From an uncultured bacterium (lineage in GTDB: Bacteria; Patescibacteriota; Microgenomatia; UBA1400; UBA12108): a stretch of DNA of 63,845 nt. Positions 34,415 through 41,820 of the stretch are shown here, piece by piece. A program made the translations under genes and the position numbers. Location: positions 1-63,845 of the forward strand of contig CAJAUT010000019.1 of NCBI GenBank assembly GCA_903945195.1. The letters are read 5' to 3'. The notes below the pieces were generated by a model, which was not told the DNA's origin, searched no databases, and worked only from the letters and a program-made list of their open reading frames with translations. Positions within the stretch are counted from its first letter, which is position 1; each line of letters opens with the position of its first letter.

Positions 34415-36592
34415 TCAACCGCACACACTATATCCGCACCCATAACACTTCTTACACCCTTCTTCTAGCGCCAGCTTATTTCCACACTCAGGGCAGCTTT
34501 CCTTACTCTGATTCTCTGGCTTTCTGGTCCTCTGATTTTCTGAGTTATCTGGTTGTCTGATCACTTTATTGGCTGATTGTCCGATATTGAGCACCTGCTC
34601 TCCCCTACTCTTGTCTCTATATACCGTGATCCCCTTACATTTTAGCTCTGCTGCCATCATGTAGGCACTCATCACATCTTCTACCGTTGCATCACTTGGC
34701 AGATTGATAGTTTTAGACACTGCATTATCTGTATACTTTTGGAAAGCTGCAAGCATCTCCACGTGAGTCTCTGGTTTTATATCCATCGCCGTCACAAACA
34801 CTTTGCGTATTTTTTCTGGGATTACTGTTACCCCCATTACACTCCCTGTACGAGCTATCTCGTCCATGAGGTCGCTGGAATAAAGTCCATTGACATGTTT
34901 GATCGCTTTTACTAGATCGCTGTTTACTTCTGGCAGGTTGTATTGCCCCATAGATTTGCGGAAATATGCCAGTGCAAAATGTGGCTCTATTCCTGAGCTT
35001 GCCCCAGCCATCATCGAGATCGTACCAGTAGGCGCGATCGTGATCACAGTCGCGTTGCGGAAGTGTTTGTAGCCCTTTTTCTGCCACAGACTGCCTTTAA
35101 AGTTGGGGAAGTTCCCTTTTTCTTTACCTAGCTTCTCACTCTCTTCATGACCGATCTTTTGGATAAATTTCATCACTTCTTCTGCTAGTTTGAGAGCATC
35201 TTTAGAATCATAAGCCACATGTAGTTTCACGAGCATATCTGCCCATCCCATGACCCCAAGCCCAATCTTGCGATTGCCATGAACTGTATCAGCTACTTTT
35301 TTAAGAGGATATTCACACACTGATACCACATCATCTAGCATGCGCACCGCGATCCTTACTGTTTCTTCTAGTTTTTTGTAGTCAACTTTACTATCACCGT
35401 TTGTCCCTGCCACATGAGTTGCCAAATTGATCGAACCAAGGTTGCAAGCTTCATAAGAAAGTAGTGGCTGCTCGCCGCACAGATTTACTGTCTCAAGTGG
35501 CCCTACGTGTGGAGTAGGATTGTATTTTTCTATCTCATCGATAAAGATCAGTCCTGGGTCACCATTTTTCCAGGCCATCCGAGCTGCCTCTTCCATCAAA
35601 CCCCTAGCAGAGACTCGACTAGTCACCTTGCCAGTCCTTGGGTTTATCAGCTCCCACTCAGCATTTTTCTTGACTGCTTCGATAAATTTGTTTGTGACAG
35701 AAATCGAGATATTTATGTGAGGGAAATTGTTGCCAGATTCTTTGCAGTGGATAAAGTCTATGATGTCAGGGTGTGTGATCGGCATGGTCACCATGTTGCC
35801 ACTACGTCTCTTACCAGCCTGCAAGTAAATGTCTGAGGCATCATTTACCAGTTGCATCAGTGCCACAGGGCCAGCAGCAGCACCTGAAGTCGTTGAGACC
35901 TTGTCTCCCTTGGGGCGGATATGCCCAAAGGTAAATCCTACGGCTCCACCATATTTTTTGAGGATCGAACTTTCTTTGAGCGACTCAAAAATCCCCTCTA
36001 TATCATCGGGCATCGGCATCACAAAACAGTTGGCAAGCTGATTATTTTTTGTACCAGAATTGGCAAGCGTTCTACCTCCTGGGATAAACCTCTGCTCTTT
36101 CATCACGCCTGCAAATTTTTCTAGCCACACTTTACGTGTTTTTACAGGCTCTGCAGTTGCCAAGAATTTGGCTGTACGATCAAACATACCGCCAACAGTC
36201 TCTGCGACTTCCCCTTCTTCATCTCTCAGTAGATACTTTTCCTTGGCCACAGTTAGCGCATTTAGTGTCAGTCCCACATCATCATTTACCCCAAGCGCTC
36301 TCTTACTTGCTTCTACCTGTCTCTTCTTTTCTCTATTTAAAATGTAAGCTTTGGCTGTCTTGTAGTGACCTGACTCAAGTAGTACTCGCTCGACCATATC
36401 GCCAATTTCTGCCGAGGAAACTTTTTTGATACGACCATATTGTTTATCTAGTTTGGTTATCACTTGCTTGGCTAGACTCTGGGCTAGCTTGTCATCTGTC
36501 CCACCTACATCTTGGGCAGCCAAAAATATAGAATCGGCTATCTTTTCTTGCTCTAGTACTTGCTCTTTGTCACTGCGTTTGATTACTTTCAT
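34415..36592 (-). CDS. nrdJ: class II (adenosylcobalamin-type) ribonucleotide reductase with ATP-cone and C-terminal zinc ribbon
   Basis: N-terminal ATP-cone, active-site NLCGEQPL and a C-terminal CPECG...CKKCYGCG. 725 aa in a single chain. Confidence 0.9.
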   Translation of the reverse strand: MKVIKRSDKEQVLEQEKIADSIFLAAQDVGGTDDKLAQSLAKQVITKLDKQYGRIKKVSSAEIGDMVERVLLESGHYKTAKAYILNREKKRQVEASKRALGVNDDVGLTLNALTVAKEKYLLRDEEGEVAETVGGMFDRTAKFLATAEPVKTRKVWLEKFAGVMKEQRFIPGGRTLANSGTKNNQLANCFVMPMPDDIEGIFESLKESSILKKYGGAVGFTFGHIRPKGDKVSTTSGAAAGPVALMQLVNDASDIYLQAGKRRSGNMVTMPITHPDIIDFIHCKESGNNFPHINISISVTNKFIEAVKKNAEWELINPRTGKVTSRVSARGLMEEAARMAWKNGDPGLIFIDEIEKYNPTPHVGPLETVNLCGEQPLLSYEACNLGSINLATHVAGTNGDSKVDYKKLEETVRIAVRMLDDVVSVCEYPLKKVADTVHGNRKIGLGVMGWADMLVKLHVAYDSKDALKLAEEVMKFIQKIGHEESEKLGKEKGNFPNFKGSLWQKKGYKHFRNATVITIAPTGTISMMAGASSGIEPHFALAYFRKSMGQYNLPEVNSDLVKAIKHVNGLYSSDLMDEIARTGSVMGVTVIPEKIRKVFVTAMDIKPETHVEMLAAFQKYTDNAVSKTINLPSDATVEDVMSAYMMAAELKCKGITVYRDKSRGEQVLNIGQSANKVIRQPDNSENQRTRKPENQSKESCPECGNKLALEEGCKKCYGCGYSVCG
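34506..34562. repeat. DNA repeat inside nrdJ coding sequence (shared with epmA)
   Basis: 34508-34526 CTGATTCTCTGGCTTTCTG is identical to 46459-46477. The flanking TGAGTT..TTGTCTGAT is also shared. Encodes ..NSENQRTRKPENQ.. in the linker before the zinc ribbon. Confidence 0.7.
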
Positions 36593-36708
36593 GTGCTCTC
36601 CATCCTATACGAAAAATCCCTAAAGACGCAAGACATCAAAAAAGATCAGCCATACAGAAAACTGTAAATTAAAATTTTTGGTGGACACTAATAAACAATT
36701 TCTGAAAA

Positions 36709-36826
36709 AGGCACAGGCACATCTCACAGTCAAAAAACATTACGCACCCCGCTATTGCGGGGGAGTTAGAGGCGGCTGGCCACCAGGCCAGAACGCCGTT
36801 TTTTTGCGTGATGGTGTGCCGAGCCT
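36709..36826 (+). ncRNA. structured intergenic element, copy Y (family of two with 10461-10575)
   Basis: Same conserved blocks as X. Inner hairpin CCCCGC/GCGGGG. A hairpin at 36771-36797 followed by T7 forms a plus-strand intrinsic terminator. Lies between the topA stop and the nrdJ start. Confidence 0.45.
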
Positions 36827-36836
36827 ATGAAGAAAT

Positions 36837-38798
36837 TTACTCTGTAGCTTTAGCTGGCAACTTCCACGCCGCCCACTTACAATTAGGATAATTCTCACAC
36901 CCAAAAAACTTCGCACCTTTTTTCGACTTCATCGCCCGCACCCGTCCCCCATCAGTTGGACACACGACGTCTTTGACATACTCTATATAAGGTTTGGTAT
37001 ATTTACAATCTGGATAGGTGGAACAAGATAGGAACTTCCCAAATTTGCCTGTGCGGATCACAATCTCACCTTCTGGACAATCTGGACATTTCTCCCCTGT
37101 CGACTGCACCTGCACCTTGACCCGCTCCCCAGTCTCTTCCACTATTTTCACTTGTGCAGCAAGTGGATCCCAAAATTCACGTACCGTCGGCACCCACAGC
37201 TTTTTACCTTCGGCTATCAGATCTAGATCCTTTTCCATCTTGGCAGTAAATTCATATGCGAATACTTGGCCAAAATTGGTGACGAGGAAGTCTACAACAG
37301 CTTCGCCAATTGCAGTAGGATGAAAAGATTTTTCTTCCTTGACCACGTAACCTCTGTCTTGGATAGTAGAGATGATAGCAGCGTATGTACTAGGCCTACC
37401 TATCCCTCTTTTTTCTAGCTCTTTGATGAGTCCTGCCTCACTATAGCGGGCAGGAGGATTGGTAAATTTCTGCGTTGGATCCACTTTAACCAGTGAAAGT
37501 GGATCATTCACTTTAAGTTCTGGCAAAAATACATCATCAGCCGTCTTGCCTAGTTTTAGGTAACCATCAAAGATCATTCGTTTGCCATCAGCTTTTAGTA
37601 AATATGGTTTACCCTGAGCCTGCCGAAGGGCTTCCACCAAAATACTTGTCTTATCAAACCTAGCATCCGCCATTTGACACTGCAGGAATCTAGAACGGAT
37701 CAAGTCATAAAGTTTTTGATGACGCGAAGTCATACCAGCAGCCGTTAGATCACTCCCCATACGAGTCACATCAGTTGGACGGATCGCTTCATGAGCTTCC
37801 TGTGCGCTAGCCGACTTTGTTTTGTATACTCTTTTTTCAGCAGGTAAATACTCTGCCCCGTATGTTTTGGTCACAAAGTCACGCGCCATCGCGATAGCTT
37901 CATCAGCTAGATTGAAAGAGTCTGTACGGTGATAAGTGATGTATCCATGCTCATATAGTGACTGGGCAATCTGCATAGTCATCTTGGCGCTCCAGGAAAA
38001 TACATTGGATCCTGCTCGCTGGAGCAAAGAGGTGGTAAAAGGAGGAAATGGAGAACTATGCTGTTCTACTTGCTCTATATCACTGACTTTGTAACTTGCA
38101 GTTTGAAGATCCGAAATGATAGTTTTAGCTAGCTCACCATTTGAGATCTTCGCTGGCTTACCATCTATTTTGTATAGTTGTACTCTAAGCTCTTCTTTAG
38201 CTTTCAAATCTACAAAAATCTCCCAGTATTCTTCTGGCACAAAAGCCCTGATCTCTCGTTCTTTATCCACTATCAGTCGCACCGCCACCGATTGCACGCG
38301 TCCAGCCGATAGTCCTCTACGCACCTTTTTCCATAGCACTGGCGAAAGCGTATAGCCTACGAGTCTATCTAGCACGCGCCTAGCTTGCTGAGCATTGACC
38401 ATCGGCATGTTTACTTCACCTGGATGCTTTAGAGCTTCTTCGATCGCAGTTTTGGTGATTTCGTGAAAGGTGACGCGTTTAAAAATCTTTTTCTTGTCAG
38501 TGCCAAGTAGATACTGCACGTGATACGAGATGGCTTCTCCCTCGCGGTCAGGGTCAGTAGCCAGATACACGACATCTGCATCTTTGGCTAGTTTTTTCAG
38601 CATCGCCACCTGCGCTTTCTTATTTGAAAGTACTTGGTAGTTGGGCTCAAAGTCATGGTCGATGTCGATTGCTAGTCCCCCGCCTTTTTCTGGCAGGTCG
38701 CGCACATGCCCCATCGAAGCCTCGATTTTGTACTTACCGCCAAGGAATTTGGTCAGTGTTTTCGCTTTGGTTGGTGACTCGACTATTACTAAATCCAT
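36837..38798 (-). CDS. topA: DNA topoisomerase I
   Basis: Toprim N-terminus (LVIVESPTKAKT), catalytic Tyr block ITYHRTDS and C-terminal Cys4 zinc ribbons. Confidence 0.95.
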   Translation of the reverse strand: MDLVIVESPTKAKTLTKFLGGKYKIEASMGHVRDLPEKGGGLAIDIDHDFEPNYQVLSNKKAQVAMLKKLAKDADVVYLATDPDREGEAISYHVQYLLGTDKKKIFKRVTFHEITKTAIEEALKHPGEVNMPMVNAQQARRVLDRLVGYTLSPVLWKKVRRGLSAGRVQSVAVRLIVDKEREIRAFVPEEYWEIFVDLKAKEELRVQLYKIDGKPAKISNGELAKTIISDLQTASYKVSDIEQVEQHSSPFPPFTTSLLQRAGSNVFSWSAKMTMQIAQSLYEHGYITYHRTDSFNLADEAIAMARDFVTKTYGAEYLPAEKRVYKTKSASAQEAHEAIRPTDVTRMGSDLTAAGMTSRHQKLYDLIRSRFLQCQMADARFDKTSILVEALRQAQGKPYLLKADGKRMIFDGYLKLGKTADDVFLPELKVNDPLSLVKVDPTQKFTNPPARYSEAGLIKELEKRGIGRPSTYAAIISTIQDRGYVVKEEKSFHPTAIGEAVVDFLVTNFGQVFAYEFTAKMEKDLDLIAEGKKLWVPTVREFWDPLAAQVKIVEETGERVKVQVQSTGEKCPDCPEGEIVIRTGKFGKFLSCSTYPDCKYTKPYIEYVKDVVCPTDGGRVRAMKSKKGAKFFGCENYPNCKWAAWKLPAKATE

Positions 38799-38803
38799 AC
38801 GTA

Positions 38804-39343
38804 TTAGGATACCACACGCATCAGTTCATCTACGATTTTGGCAATCACTTCATCTACAATTTTGCGCTCTATATCAGTAAAATCTTGCAAGCTATATACT
38901 ACTCCAGGGATCCCCCCATTACCCCTCACTTCTCTATTTTCTACTCCCACCCGGACGTTGGTGTACTGATCCGTCCCAATTTTTTCTATTACCGAACTGA
39001 GTCCATTGTGAACCTTGGGCCCTTTGCCCTTAGCAATTTTGTAGCTACCTAGTGCAATATCTAAATCATCATGAATGATGTAAATATCTATAGGGTCAAT
39101 TTTGTAAAAATTTGCGATTGCCGCCACCGCCACCCCACTATCATTCATGAAAGTTTGTGGCTTGGCTAGAATATATTCTTTGGTCTGAATCATCTCAGCA
39201 TTAAATTTCTTATTACTGGAAAACTGGATCACTGGAGTACTGGAGCACTCTTTAGCCAAAGCATCCACCACCATAAACCCGACGTTGTGCCTGTTTTTGC
39301 TATATTTTTCTCCTGGATTCCCTAGACCTACAATCAGCTTCAT
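38804..39343 (-). CDS. pth: peptidyl-tRNA hydrolase
   Basis: MKLIVGLGNPGEKYSKNRHNVGF is the canonical Pth N-terminus. The start is set at ATG 39343. The track's 29-codon upstream extension runs into the 49-nt repeat. Confidence 0.9.
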   Translation of the reverse strand: MKLIVGLGNPGEKYSKNRHNVGFMVVDALAKECSSTPVIQFSSNKKFNAEMIQTKEYILAKPQTFMNDSGVAVAAIANFYKIDPIDIYIIHDDLDIALGSYKIAKGKGPKVHNGLSSVIEKIGTDQYTNVRVGVENREVRGNGGIPGVVYSLQDFTDIERKIVDEVIAKIVDELMRVVS

Positions 39344-39421
39344 GTAAGAATTGTACCATTCTATCGAGAAGACTCCTCTATAAAAACCATATAAAAGCTG
39401 ATTGGAAAATAATTTTAAACC

Positions 39422-39470
39422 CGCAACCATCCATCTGGGTAGCCAGATGACGATGTGAGGATTGCAAAAT
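39422..39470 (+). promoter_or_regulatory. 49-nt hairpin element, copy B (orphan copy between dprA and pth)
   Basis: CGCAACCATCCATCTGGGTAGCCAGATGACGATGTGAGGATTGCAAAAT, matching copy A at 46 of 49 positions. The upstream AT-rich GAAAATAATTTTAAAC resembles the region before copy A. Confidence 0.5.
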
Positions 39471-39481
39471 TGATTTTACAA

Positions 39482-40030
39482 TCAGCCTAGTGAAAATTTT
39501 AACTGCTCGATCAAATCCTCTGGACTATAGACTGGTATCCCCCCATTTCTTATTATCTCCACAGACCCATGATAACTAGCCAAATTCACTGGCCCCGGCA
39601 CCACATATACATTTATACCTTCCTCAGCCGCTCCGGATACCGTAATTTTTACCCCGCTTTTCTTTGGGCATTCCATGACCAGTATGGCTTGCGACAAATG
39701 TGCCATAAGCCTATCACGAGCCCGGAATTTATCAGGTGTAGGGGGCACCCCGTTTTCATATTCGCTCACCAGCAGTCCTCCACTATCCAAGATTCTTTGT
39801 TTCAAACCTAGGTTTTCCGGTGGATAACATTTATCTACCCCGTGCCCCAGCACTGCGAGGGTCCGACCCTTAAAGTCCAGCGCGGTTTCATGCGCCACAG
39901 TGTCTATTCCCCTAGCTAGGCCTGACACTATGCACCAGTTTTCACTCACCAATTTCTTTACAAATATCTTTGTCATCTCCCTGCCGTACTCACTCATGAT
40001 CCTCGTCCCCACCACCGCAATGCGTTTCAT
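39482..40030 (-). CDS. dprA: DprA/Smf-like DNA-processing protein (Rossmann core only)
   Basis: IAVVGTRIMSEYG ... SGLARGIDTVAHE ... AVLGHG blocks typical of the DprA core. The start is set at ATG 40030 because the longer ORF would run through the terminator hairpin. Confidence 0.7.
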   Translation of the reverse strand: MKRIAVVGTRIMSEYGREMTKIFVKKLVSENWCIVSGLARGIDTVAHETALDFKGRTLAVLGHGVDKCYPPENLGLKQRILDSGGLLVSEYENGVPPTPDKFRARDRLMAHLSQAILVMECPKKSGVKITVSGAAEEGINVYVVPGPVNLASYHGSVEIIRNGGIPVYSPEDLIEQLKFSLG

Positions 40031-40089
40031 CTCTAGACACTTTTGATTCCCCAGTAAATACAAATCGCTCACAGCTATATAATACACAA

Positions 40090-40127
40090 ACACCCTCCTC
40101 GATGTTTCTGCATAACGAGGAGGGTGT
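40090..40127 (-). terminator. 12-bp perfect hairpin terminator
   Basis: ACACCCTCCTCG (40090-40101) pairs with CGAGGAGGGTGT (40116-40127). T-rich on the minus strand. Downstream of the 55-aa ORF. Confidence 0.55.
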
Positions 40128-40138
40128 TTAAAATACTA

Positions 40139-40306
40139 TCATTGCTGAATACCTCTCGAATTTGATTCGGTAGAGTTAGGCGCATCTTCGATCTTAGCTA
40201 ATGCATCGATAAATGCTTTAGCTCTAGCTTTGGCAAAGTACTCAACGGTATCAGGATTTGGTTCTGTAGCCAATCCAGAAACAGGACCTTCTGGCTTTGC
40301 TGTCAT
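40139..40306 (-). CDS. small hypothetical protein (55 aa) with strong SD
   Basis: AGGAGGTGA lies 8 nt before ATG 40306. Product MTAKPEGPVSGLATEPNPDTVEYFAKARAKAFIDALAKIED... Confidence 0.5.
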   Translation of the reverse strand: MTAKPEGPVSGLATEPNPDTVEYFAKARAKAFIDALAKIEDAPNSTESNSRGIQQ

Positions 40307-40340
40307 AAATCTCACCTCCTTTCGAATATATATTCGAGTA

Positions 40341-40586
40341 TTATCTTTCCTGTTCTCCACATCTTCCGACATGGTTTTTTGCATCTACCCATCCAGAAAA
40401 TGGCCAAATTCTAGCCATAATTGGACACTCACTTGCTACAATTTGCCCAGCCACCAAAATGTTCAATCCAGATCTATCACCTTCTTCATTATCTGTAATA
40501 GCTGGAGCACACTCTTTTCGGAAATGGCAATCACCTTGGCAATACTTGCCCGCTAATCTAGATGTAGTAAAAAATTTAACTGTCAT
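40341..40586 (-). CDS. small Cys-containing hypothetical protein (81 aa)
   Basis: Contains a CQGDCHFRKEC pattern. No SD. The start lies only about 17 nt after a terminator hairpin. Confidence 0.35.
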   Translation of the reverse strand: MTVKFFTTSRLAGKYCQGDCHFRKECAPAITDNEEGDRSGLNILVAGQIVASECPIMARIWPFSGWVDAKNHVGRCGEQER

Positions 40587-40597
40587 ATTTTATTCCA

Positions 40598-40636
40598 TAA
40601 AAAAACCCGCCTCTTGGTGCGGGTTTGTGTTGTTTT
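40598..40636. terminator. bidirectional intrinsic terminator
   Basis: ACCCGC (40605-40610) pairs with GCGGGT (40619-40624), flanked by an A-run upstream and a T-rich run downstream. It therefore reads as a hairpin plus U-tract on both strands. Confidence 0.55.
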
Positions 40637-40701
40637 GCTTTTTAATTAAGCTTTTTTACACCAAACCCACATCTCCCCAAATAAGGAGGTGTTTAACGGT
40701 A

Positions 40702-40758
40702 ATGGTTGTAAAACGAGCTGTGTTTTTCATAACTTTTGTTAGTATCGCAAAATATTAA
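40702..40758 (+). CDS. candidate 18-aa hydrophobic mini-ORF (MVVKRAVFFITFVSIAKY)
   Basis: AAGGAGGTG at 40683-40691, 10 nt before the ATG. Bracketed by hairpin elements. A 24-codon ORF (40656-40730) lies antisense. Speculative. Confidence 0.2.
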   Translation: MVVKRAVFFITFVSIAKY

Positions 40759-40790
40759 CGCTGTGACAATATATCAAACCATGTCAAATA

Positions 40791-40880
40791 TATAAGGTCT
40801 GACCTGCTAAGGAGACGAACGAAGTGAGTGTTTAGTCGAATCCTGAGCTTGGCGAAGGAGAGACCAGGTCAGACCTTATA
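40791..40880. repeat. GGTCAGACC-core palindromic repeat, locus R3
   Basis: Perfect 14-bp terminal inverted repeats: TATAAGGTCTGACC (40791-40804) and GGTCAGACCTTATA (40867-40880). The GGTCAGACC core of the right arm ends 9 nt before the stop codon at 40885. Confidence 0.7.
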
Positions 40881-40884
40881 GGTA

Positions 40885-41808
40885 CTAGTTCTCTCTCGTC
40901 CCCATCCACGCGACTAGTTCCTCCATGACCTTCCGGGAGTCTCCCGGAAGGCTCAAAAGTCCAGATGTGAGTGACCGAGCCTTGCTCATATGTTCTTTTA
41001 TTACCTGTTCAGTTTTTTCTTTCCCATTCATCGTGGCATAGGTATGTTTGCCTTCGCGACTATCGTTTCCCACAGGTTTACCTGTCTTTTCACTATCGCC
41101 GTACTCCCCTAGCCAATCATCTCGTAGCTGAAATACATAGCCTAGCTCCATCCCGTATTTTTTAAGATTCTCTATCATCTCAGGTTTGGCTCCACCTAGG
41201 GTAGCCCCAAGTAGTAGTGGTAGGACGCAGCTATATTCCCCGCTCTTCATCTCTAGTATTTGCTGGATCGTGGTCTCATCCGCTATCGCTAGACCGTCAA
41301 GTGTCTGGCCATATCCCACCCGGGTGAAGTATTTGCCCCATACTTTCATTGCTTCAATCACTATCTTTGGATCCATTTTTAAATCAGATAAAATCTCTAT
41401 CCCCCAGCCAAATGTATAGTCGCCAGCTAGCATCGAGACAAAGTCGGCTTTATGTCTGTCATCATATCTAGCTAGCATCGTCTTGACCCCGCGGCGGAGT
41501 GTATCATTGTCCATGAAATCATCTTGGATCAACAGTCCCAGGTGGAAAATCTCCATCATGGCCGCAGATTTGACAATGTCTTGTAGGGGCGGATTATCAT
41601 CAGCCCGTGCGATCTCATATCCAAGTATCGTGAGCATTGCCCTCATCCGCTTACCACCCACAGACAGTTCCTTCATTGCTTCTACTATCTTTAACAGTTG
41701 TGGTGAAATACTTTTTACCTCTACCAGTCTCCTCTCTAGTTCACCTGCAATCTCTCTGTCCACCAGCTCTTTGTATTTGGCAATAAATTCTTCTAGCAAT
41801 TTATTCAT
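40885..41808 (-). CDS. polyprenyl diphosphate synthase (FPP/GGPP synthase family)
   Basis: First Asp-rich motif LIQDDFMDND and second QLRDDWLG. Confidence 0.9.
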   Translation of the reverse strand: MNKLLEEFIAKYKELVDREIAGELERRLVEVKSISPQLLKIVEAMKELSVGGKRMRAMLTILGYEIARADDNPPLQDIVKSAAMMEIFHLGLLIQDDFMDNDTLRRGVKTMLARYDDRHKADFVSMLAGDYTFGWGIEILSDLKMDPKIVIEAMKVWGKYFTRVGYGQTLDGLAIADETTIQQILEMKSGEYSCVLPLLLGATLGGAKPEMIENLKKYGMELGYVFQLRDDWLGEYGDSEKTGKPVGNDSREGKHTYATMNGKEKTEQVIKEHMSKARSLTSGLLSLPGDSRKVMEELVAWMGTREN

Positions 41809-41820
41809 ACCCTTATTCTA

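Noticed and set aside
39344-39430. 29-codon N-terminal extension of pth, and similarly 40031-40093 for dprA
   Set aside because: The extensions run into a conserved repeat or a terminator hairpin. The shorter starts give canonical N-termini (MKLIVGLGNPG; MKRIAVVGTR).
40459-40758. 99-aa plus-strand ORF from the track
   Set aside because: Most of it is antisense to the 81-aa ORF and crosses the bidirectional terminator. Only its last 18 codons have an SD. They are reported separately as a low-confidence mini-ORF.
40830-40850. tRNA T-arm-like sequence (TTAG-TCGAATC-CTGA) inside repeat R3
   Set aside because: The loop lacks the TTCRANY pattern. No acceptor, D or anticodon arms can be folded around it.
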